Positions 58,708-64,000 of a DNA stretch of 64,000 nt are shown in pieces. The position numbers were made by a program, and so were the translations under genes. This stretch comes from a virus. Numbering within the stretch: the stretch's first letter is position 1; every line of letters begins with the position of its first letter. The DNA is taken from positions 32,001-96,000 of IMG/VR virus record IMGVR_UViG_3300042923_001459. One strand, 5' to 3'. The notes under the pieces were generated by a model that did not search any database, was not told the DNA's origin, and worked only from the letters and a program-made list of their open reading frames with translations.

Positions 58708-58981
58708 TTTGTTGCCTCCTTTGTATTTGTATTACCTTATAGAATAATTATATCACAGACTACTATTTTTGTAAACTGTTTTTTAATTGATCTCTAGTGT
58801 CGCTGAGTGAATCAAGTTCTACGCGGTAATATATATCCTTTACTCTGTTTCTCTGAAAGGATAAAGGATATATCCATCCTTAGGATTCCTGTATATCTCT
58901 GGGTTCACCGTGTCATCTCTGTGAACATCGTGATATAATAATGATATAACCTATTATCCCGAGACATAAAAAAAGATGGGA

Positions 58982-59302
58982 TTATGCTCCCATCTGTACC
59001 TCAGTCCAACCAGAGCCTGCGCATAGATACTTAATACCATCGATTTCTACAATATCTCCAACCGACATTGATGTGTGATCTGCTCCATTGCGATTAAATC
59101 CAAGCTCCGGGTCATTTGGTTGAAATCCTTCATGCACCCAATTGAAGAGTTCAAAGTAAGCTTCAAGCATGCTTTCATTGGAATGATTAGGTGGCTTGCT
59201 AACCGAAGTTTCAAAGACCAATGCATAATCATTCATAGTTAATGCTTTTTTAAACATTTGCTTTTTGTAATAAATCTTTACTTGTTTCTTTTGAAATTCC
59301 AT
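58982..59302 (-). CDS. YodL-like domain protein
   Basis: LEAYFELFN...HTSMSVGDIVEIDG..YLC...GW. Confidence 0.65.
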   Translation of the reverse strand: MEFQKKQVKIYYKKQMFKKALTMNDYALVFETSVSKPPNHSNESMLEAYFELFNWVHEGFQPNDPELGFNRNGADHTSMSVGDIVEIDGIKYLCAGSGWTEVQMGA

Positions 59303-59403
59303 TTGAATTCCTCCAGTGTGTTTTTAATTTGTATTACCTTATAGATTAATTATATCACAACTGTTAGAGTATGTAAACTGTTTTTTAACAAAAAAGGAGG
59401 GGG

Positions 59404-59655
59404 TTAACCCTCCATGACCTCCACGAAAATTCGTTTCTCTTCTACTGCTTCATCCAAAAACCATAATCCACGGTGAGCGCTTTTACCAAACTCCAATAAC
59501 TCATGTTCATCTGGATTGTCAATATAAACCTTATATTCAGGGCCGATTGGAGTATTTGTAATACCAAGTATTTTCAATGTCTGGATTTGATTTATTGGTT
59601 TACCAGTATTGTCTGTCACTTTAAGTCTTTGACCCGGTTTAAACATAGTTTCCAT
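59404..59655 (-). CDS. hypothetical early protein
   Basis: Cassette. Confidence 0.75.
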   Translation of the reverse strand: METMFKPGQRLKVTDNTGKPINQIQTLKILGITNTPIGPEYKVYIDNPDEHELLEFGKSAHRGLWFLDEAVEEKRIFVEVMEG

Positions 59656-59737
59656 TTTTGTTTCCTCCTTTGTGATTACCTTATAGATATATTATAACAC
59701 ACAAAGAAGCCGTTGTAAACGGCTTTTTAAAAACATA

Positions 59738-60127
59738 TTACCACTTTTCTACATACCATCCATGATGAATCTCAGCAGTCGTATCGTCAATTACTTTAAT
59801 GCGGATTTCTGGAGCTCCATACCCGTAACTGTCTTCCCATTCTTGGGCCCAACTGTTACCTCTGTACAACTGCTTCACTCGACCCTTCTTAAAGGTATCA
59901 TCCTTCTTCCGCTCAAGTGTTGCCATAATAGCCTTCCAGTCATCGTCAGGGCTTAAACAAGCCGCTAACCCAACCATGTCTTCAAAGATTGAATCGTCTG
60001 TAGCATTTTCACTGCGTTCTTCCTTGATTAATTCTTGTACCCAAGGCTCCATAGCCTCGAGGTCACCTACGATTTTCAGTTCTACACCTTTTGAATTTAG
60101 TTCTGAATGAAGTACGATAATTGCCAT
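59738..60127 (-). CDS. hypothetical protein
   Basis: AGGAGG RBS. Confidence 0.7.
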   Translation of the reverse strand: MAIIVLHSELNSKGVELKIVGDLEAMEPWVQELIKEERSENATDDSIFEDMVGLAACLSPDDDWKAIMATLERKKDDTFKKGRVKQLYRGNSWAQEWEDSYGYGAPEIRIKVIDDTTAEIHHGWYVEKW

Positions 60128-60139
60128 AATTACTTCCTC

Positions 60140-60295
60140 CTATACTTTGATATCAATGTGTTTACCCTTTTGATTGTTCTTGTTTGCATTATTGACCAAA
60201 CGTTCTACTTGCTCGACAGGTTTGATAAGAGGTGTTTTCTTTTGTTGCTCGTACAATTCTCTAGCAGAGTCATTTCTATACACCGGTTGTATCAT
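60140..60295 (-). CDS. 51-aa protein ending KGKHIDIKV (YjfB-like C-terminal pattern)
   Basis: Hand translation; GGGAG RBS. Confidence 0.5.
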   Translation of the reverse strand: MIQPVYRNDSARELYEQQKKTPLIKPVEQVERLVNNANKNNQKGKHIDIKV

Positions 60296-60453
60296 TTCAT
60301 CAGCTCCCTGAGATTGTTATTTAAGCACTAGTTTTATCCACTGAGCACACTTAATATGCTTTATGTAAATTTACTTATTTGGAACCACGAAGCATCGCAG
60401 AGATGAGGAAGGTACCCATCAATAAGACGGGTATCCCTATCCAAAGTATGGTG

Positions 60454-60768
60454 CTAATCATTGTCTACCTCGAGAATTTGAGTGATTTTGAAACCATCTA
60501 ATTGATCGTAGAGGATAACTGCTTCTCTACCAACCTTCAATTCTGAACCTGGAGTTATGTATCCAATGTAGTAATAATCAGACTCATCGTTTATCTTGCT
60601 CTTCAGTTTAACGTAGTCACCGGAGAACCCTTCAACCGTAAAGAAGGTATATGCATATTCTCTTCCATCTACCGGGATTGTAGCGATTTCACAATCACAA
60701 GCTTGTGCAATGCCACTTCCAATTAATAGAGTTCCTGCAATAAGTAATGTTGAGATTATTTTTTTCAT
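60454..60768 (-). CDS. secreted protein with signal peptide
   Basis: MKKIISTLLIAGTLLIGSGIAQA. Confidence 0.75.
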   Translation of the reverse strand: MKKIISTLLIAGTLLIGSGIAQACDCEIATIPVDGREYAYTFFTVEGFSGDYVKLKSKINDESDYYYIGYITPGSELKVGREAVILYDQLDGFKITQILEVDND

Positions 60769-60869
60769 TTGATTGCCTCCAATGTATGTTTGATTACCTT
60801 ATAGAATAATTATATCACAACTTGTACCACTTGTAAATTGTTTTTTAAAGAGAAGGTGTTACCCTTCTC

Positions 60870-61193
60870 TTACGCGAGAACTCCAACCTTACCTTTAAGC
60901 ATTTGTAGTTTTTTGGTTAGTTCAACAAACTCTTCCTTATTGTGTTCATCCAATGCAATGTCAATCAAATTCAAGATTGCACCTTCATCAATGAGAAGGT
61001 TATCTTCTACTTTTTTCATTTGAGAAAATCTAAAACGACTAGTTAGACCAATAAGATTAGCATCGTCGGAATTTGCAATGTATATGTCCGCACCATTTGC
61101 TTTCACACATTCCACCCAACCTTGGAACATTGCGCCTTCACTAGTTTTTCCGCTAACCCAATCTTCTTTTTCGAATGTTGTGTCAATTGTCAT
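60870..61193 (-). CDS. IDEAL-domain protein
   Basis: LIDIALDEHNKEEFVELT. Confidence 0.75.
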   Translation of the reverse strand: MTIDTTFEKEDWVSGKTSEGAMFQGWVECVKANGADIYIANSDDANLIGLTSRFRFSQMKKVEDNLLIDEGAILNLIDIALDEHNKEEFVELTKKLQMLKGKVGVLA

Positions 61194-61298
61194 CGTTTTG
61201 TTCCTCCTTGTTTTGTATTACCTTATATATATATTATACCACATCCATCTGAGTTTGTAAACTGTTTTTTTTAGATTGTTTTTCACAAAAAAAAGAGC

Positions 61299-61685
61299 TT
61301 ACCCCATTGAAGGAGTAAACTCTTTGAAGTTAAGATTGAATACCTGGGATTGAGCTTCCTTAATCGTTCCTTGGAGGTTTCTGAATAAGTTTCTAACCCT
61401 GTAATTTTTACCAATGCGTTTGTAAATGAAACCGTGTTTTGTTTTCCAGCGGATGATTGTCCGCACCGCATCGGCACCATTATCTCTTACGTGGTTTGTT
61501 CTCATATCCAGAGAGGAGAAAATAATGATGTCCACCGATTTGTTCTTGGTTGAGATTCTGTAAATGCGTTCCCAGCTTTCATTTCCTTCCTCCAACCAAG
61601 CTTCCGTGATATCCTCCATCCAACCAAGTCCCATATTACGAAGTTCGTATTCAAATTGCTTTTTGCAAAATTGGTAATATTCCAT
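61299..61685 (-). CDS. hypothetical early protein
   Basis: Cassette. Confidence 0.75.
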   Translation of the reverse strand: MEYYQFCKKQFEYELRNMGLGWMEDITEAWLEEGNESWERIYRISTKNKSVDIIIFSSLDMRTNHVRDNGADAVRTIIRWKTKHGFIYKRIGKNYRVRNLFRNLQGTIKEAQSQVFNLNFKEFTPSMG

Positions 61686-61776
61686 TGTTTAATTCCTCCA
61701 ATGTTTTTTAATTTGTATTACCTTATAGAATAATTATATCACATACTACTATGTTTGTAAACTGTTTTTTATAAGT

Positions 61777-62010
61777 TTATGCTTTTCTATTCACGAGGTC
61801 TACACTTTCCGGTGTAATACCAATAACGCTTGTGATTTGATCACAATTGATTGTACCGACAGAACCATCAGTGTCGATGTAATATCCATCTTCGGTTTTA
61901 TCAACAATTAAACTTAACACGGGTAGCCAGCTTCTATCATAGGGTTGCCAAATGATTACATGCCCTTGTTGAAGATTTTCAATGTTCTGTTCTTTACTCA
62001 TACCTACCAA
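61777..62010 (-). CDS. hypothetical early protein
   Basis: Cassette. Confidence 0.65.
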   Translation of the reverse strand: MVGMSKEQNIENLQQGHVIIWQPYDRSWLPVLSLIVDKTEDGYYIDTDGSVGTINCDQITSVIGITPESVDLVNRKA

Positions 62011-62101
62011 CCTCCAGTGTTTAATTTGTATTACCTTATAGAATAATTATATCACACATTGGAGTAGTTGTAAACTGTTTTTTTACAAAAAAAAGCCCTC
62101 C

Positions 62102-62332
62102 TTAGTAGGAGAGCTCCATTTCCTTATTGATTGCTTGACGTAACTTGTGGTCCTCTAATCTCATCTTATTCGCAAGGTGTCTAGGGTTATTATTGATGAA
62201 GTGGAATTGTTTCTTGAGCTTCTTAGAGGCTCTAAATTCTATCCAAAGGCTGCCATATTGATTTGCCCCAAAGATTACCCCAAATCCCATCACCATTAGT
62301 TTAAGCAATTTGTAGTTTCCCTTTGTCTTCAT
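62102..62332 (-). CDS. small basic protein
   Basis: Cassette. Confidence 0.7.
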   Translation of the reverse strand: MKTKGNYKLLKLMVMGFGVIFGANQYGSLWIEFRASKKLKKQFHFINNNPRHLANKMRLEDHKLRQAINKEMELSY

Positions 62333-62431
62333 TTTCCATTTCCCCTTTCGTTATTACCTTATGAATTAATTATATCACAAATAGAAGGGTTTGTAAACTG
62401 TTTTTTAAAAAGAAAAGGCTAGGGTTTTCCC

Positions 62432-62902
62432 CTAGCCCATCATACTTTGTAATTGTTGTTGATATTCTTTTATCACTGTTTGAAATTTAAATCCTGGGAA
62501 CTTTTTCCATTCCAAAAGTAAAAATTTAAATGTTTCTACTTCTAGACTACCCTTAAGTACATTGCAATTTTGACATGCGCATGTTAAATTTTTAGGTGTT
62601 GATAGACCGCCTTGAGCTCTGGGTACGATATGATCGACAGTAGTACCAATTTCACCACAATATTTACAAATATTGTTATCTCTTTTAAGAACAAATTTCT
62701 TTAAACTCATTTTGTCATAAATGAAAAAAACTACACCATCTCTATTTACAAATGCTGCCTCTTCTATTACATATTGATATGCTTTTTCAATATCAATTGA
62801 GTTAAACCAAATTCTGTCTTTTGTTCTTCCCATTGCTTTTACTACATTAGATTGAATCTTATCAAGTCTACTTAAAGATACTTTGATTGGCGTCATTTTC
62901 AA
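62432..62902 (-). CDS. HNH endonuclease (McrA-like)
   Basis: RDNNICKYCG...VDHIVPRAQGG....NLTCACQNCNVLKG. Confidence 0.9.
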   Translation of the reverse strand: MKMTPIKVSLSRLDKIQSNVVKAMGRTKDRIWFNSIDIEKAYQYVIEEAAFVNRDGVVFFIYDKMSLKKFVLKRDNNICKYCGEIGTTVDHIVPRAQGGLSTPKNLTCACQNCNVLKGSLEVETFKFLLLEWKKFPGFKFQTVIKEYQQQLQSMMG

Positions 62903-62967
62903 TTTCCCCTCTCGTATTACCTTATGAATTAATTATATCACAAGTAAAAGGGTTTGTAAACTGTTTT

Positions 62968-63066
62968 TTAATGTTTCTTAAAGCACTTTGGACAGTATGT
63001 ACCGCAAAACTTGATATTGCAAGACTTGCATAGTACTATGATTTCTTTTCTCATGATGCTTTTCAT
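62968..63066 (-). CDS. 32-aa zinc-ribbon peptide (…CKSC…CPKCFKKH)
   Basis: Hand translation; GGGAGG RBS. Confidence 0.55.
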   Translation of the reverse strand: MKSIMRKEIIVLCKSCNIKFCGTYCPKCFKKH

Positions 63067-63102
63067 TGTGTCCTCCCATGTTGTAAAATGAAAAACGCCG
63101 AC

Positions 63103-63384
63103 TTAATAGTCAGCGCTTGCTACTACTTTGCTTACAAGAATCTTTGCATTTACTTTGAATTTCTTTACCTGCTTCTTATCTTCTTTGTAAATGATGGTTG
63201 CTGCTTCAGTATTGAATGGTCCGTAGAAGAGAGTTATTTGACCATCTTCTTTGAACTTTGTGAGACCATTCTTTTCTGCTACTTTAATCAACCGGTACAG
63301 ACGTTCTCTTGCCTGTTCAGTTACCTCAGTACCATTCATTGCTACCAGTGCTTTAACCATTTTAATCATTGTTGTGAAATCCAT
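63103..63384 (-). CDS. hypothetical early protein
   Basis: Cassette. Confidence 0.75.
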   Translation of the reverse strand: MDFTTMIKMVKALVAMNGTEVTEQARERLYRLIKVAEKNGLTKFKEDGQITLFYGPFNTEAATIIYKEDKKQVKKFKVNAKILVSKVVASADY

Positions 63385-63469
63385 TTATCATTTCCCCTTT
63401 TCGTTTTCCTAGTATGTATTACCTTATAGAGTAATTATATCACAATTTGTATAGTTTGTAAACTGTTTT

Positions 63470-63874
63470 TTAAAGATTGTTATCGTATCTTACTCCAGTA
63501 CCGGTAAAGTATCCAACACGTCCTTGGATAATCATCAATGGTATTTCTTTGAATTGCAATTTGCCAGTGTTGACCGCTTTTCCTTCAATTGGATGCAATG
63601 ATGTAGTGATGTGCGGAGTTGAAGGATTCTTGTAGTACTTCATGAGTTCACTGTGGAACTCAACTTGAAAGCCTTGGTTAATATCATCATTGCCTTCTCC
63701 AAACACCATTACTTCAACGTATTCACCGATGATATCATCTGGGAGCAGTTCTTTGGGTTTGAATTCCAATGTAATATGCGGAAATTCAATTGTTCTATCT
63801 AGAGTTGGAGCAATTGCCTTTAGTTCATTATATGTACGTTCATCAAAGAATACACCTGTGTACACTGGTTTCAT
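63470..63874 (-). CDS. 2H phosphoesterase superfamily protein
   Basis: Two HxT motifs, PHITL and PHITT. Confidence 0.75.
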   Translation of the reverse strand: MKPVYTGVFFDERTYNELKAIAPTLDRTIEFPHITLEFKPKELLPDDIIGEYVEVMVFGEGNDDINQGFQVEFHSELMKYYKNPSTPHITTSLHPIEGKAVNTGKLQFKEIPLMIIQGRVGYFTGTGVRYDNNL

Positions 63875-64000
63875 CTAGTTGTCCTCCTCAGGGATTTCTA
63901 AGTATGTACTACTTTCATTGTAATTCCATCCTGCTTGCGCAAACAAATACCTAGCGGACTCTTTTGTAATTGGAGTTCCATTTCTTTTACAACCACGCAA
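63875..64000 (-). CDS. partial hypothetical protein (…YLEIPEEDN), 5' end outside the window
   Basis: Open frame to the edge; stop abuts the next ATG. Confidence 0.55.
   Translation of the reverse strand: MRGCKRNGTPITKESARYLFAQAGWNYNESSTYLEIPEEDN

Larger units (their letters stand above)
41829..63470 (-). repeat. array of about 45 near-identical sigmaA promoter elements, each heading a 1-3 gene cassette
   Basis: Minus-strand consensus AAAAAACAG-TTTACA-N12-TGTGA-TATAAT-TAATCTATAAGGTAAT then GGAGG RBS. Plus-strand TACCTTATA-type cores at about 41831, 42248, 42622, 43132, 43562, 44378, 44933, 45469, 45869, 46427, 46716, 47059, 47419, 47729, 48227, 48526, 49251, 50117, 50506, 51453, 51966, 52283, 52581, 52904, 53453, 53786, 54319, 54471, 54759, 55101, 55465, 55951, 57080, 58110, 58410, 58733, 59335, 59677, 60796, 61219, 61719, 62032, 62355, 62918, 63420, plus a degenerate copy near 56790. 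Confidence 0.92.

Noticed and set aside
62432-62902. HNH gene as an intron-encoded mobile element
   Set aside because: It is a free-standing cassette with the standard promoter and terminator and interrupts no gene.
41829-63470. CRISPR array or integron attC interpretation of the ~55-bp repeat
   Set aside because: Intervals are mostly 150-1100 bp and encode genes; the repeat is a canonical sigmaA promoter, not palindromic; no cas or integrase gene is present in the window.
492-63878. All plus-strand ORFs in the track
   Set aside because: They are antisense shadows of minus-strand genes or run through promoter repeats, and lack RBSs and recognisable motifs.
1-64000. tRNA, rRNA or tmRNA genes
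   Set aside because: No cloverleaf with a T-loop consensus was recognised in the intergenic regions by eye; tRNAscan-SE/Aragorn would be decisive.

Overview
This is a 64-kb segment of a large lytic phage of a Bacillales-type host, inferred from AT-rich sequence, AAGGAGG RBSs, sigmaA-type promoters and Bacillus-like NAD kinase/SpeD. Essentially every credible gene is on the minus strand. (1) 1-17.2 kb: packaging/head region with portal, several acidic hypothetical proteins, a LysM protein and terminase large subunit. A sigma factor, M16 peptidase, HAD 5'-nucleotidase, SAM decarboxylase and subtilisin lie between terminase and portal. (2) 17.2-27.1 kb: dTMP kinase, PD-(D/E)XK proteins, 5'-3' exonuclease, NAD kinase, a 3D-domain protein, a stand-alone ClpX-type zinc finger and an XRE HTH. 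(3) 27.2-32.4 kb: three genes built from ten tandem GNAT acetyltransferase units, joined by a basic RLKK...KxA linker that also recurs in head-region proteins (candidate virion-processed polyproteins). (4) 32.4-33.3 kb: non-coding origin-like region with CTATAG palindromes. (5) 34.5-41.7 kb: an operon of small proteins, 18 of which in a row share one amphipathic helix motif, ten of them fused to C4 zinc fingers (candidate modular adaptor family). (6) 41.8-64 kb: about 45 promoter-RBS-gene-terminator cassettes with a near-identical sigmaA promoter (early/host-takeover array). Cargo includes a 2H phosphoesterase, HNH nuclease, trypsin-like protease, YodL and IDEAL domains and highly acidic proteins. 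No tRNA, rRNA, CRISPR array, integrase or transposase was recognised. All functional calls come from motif recognition by eye, not database searches.
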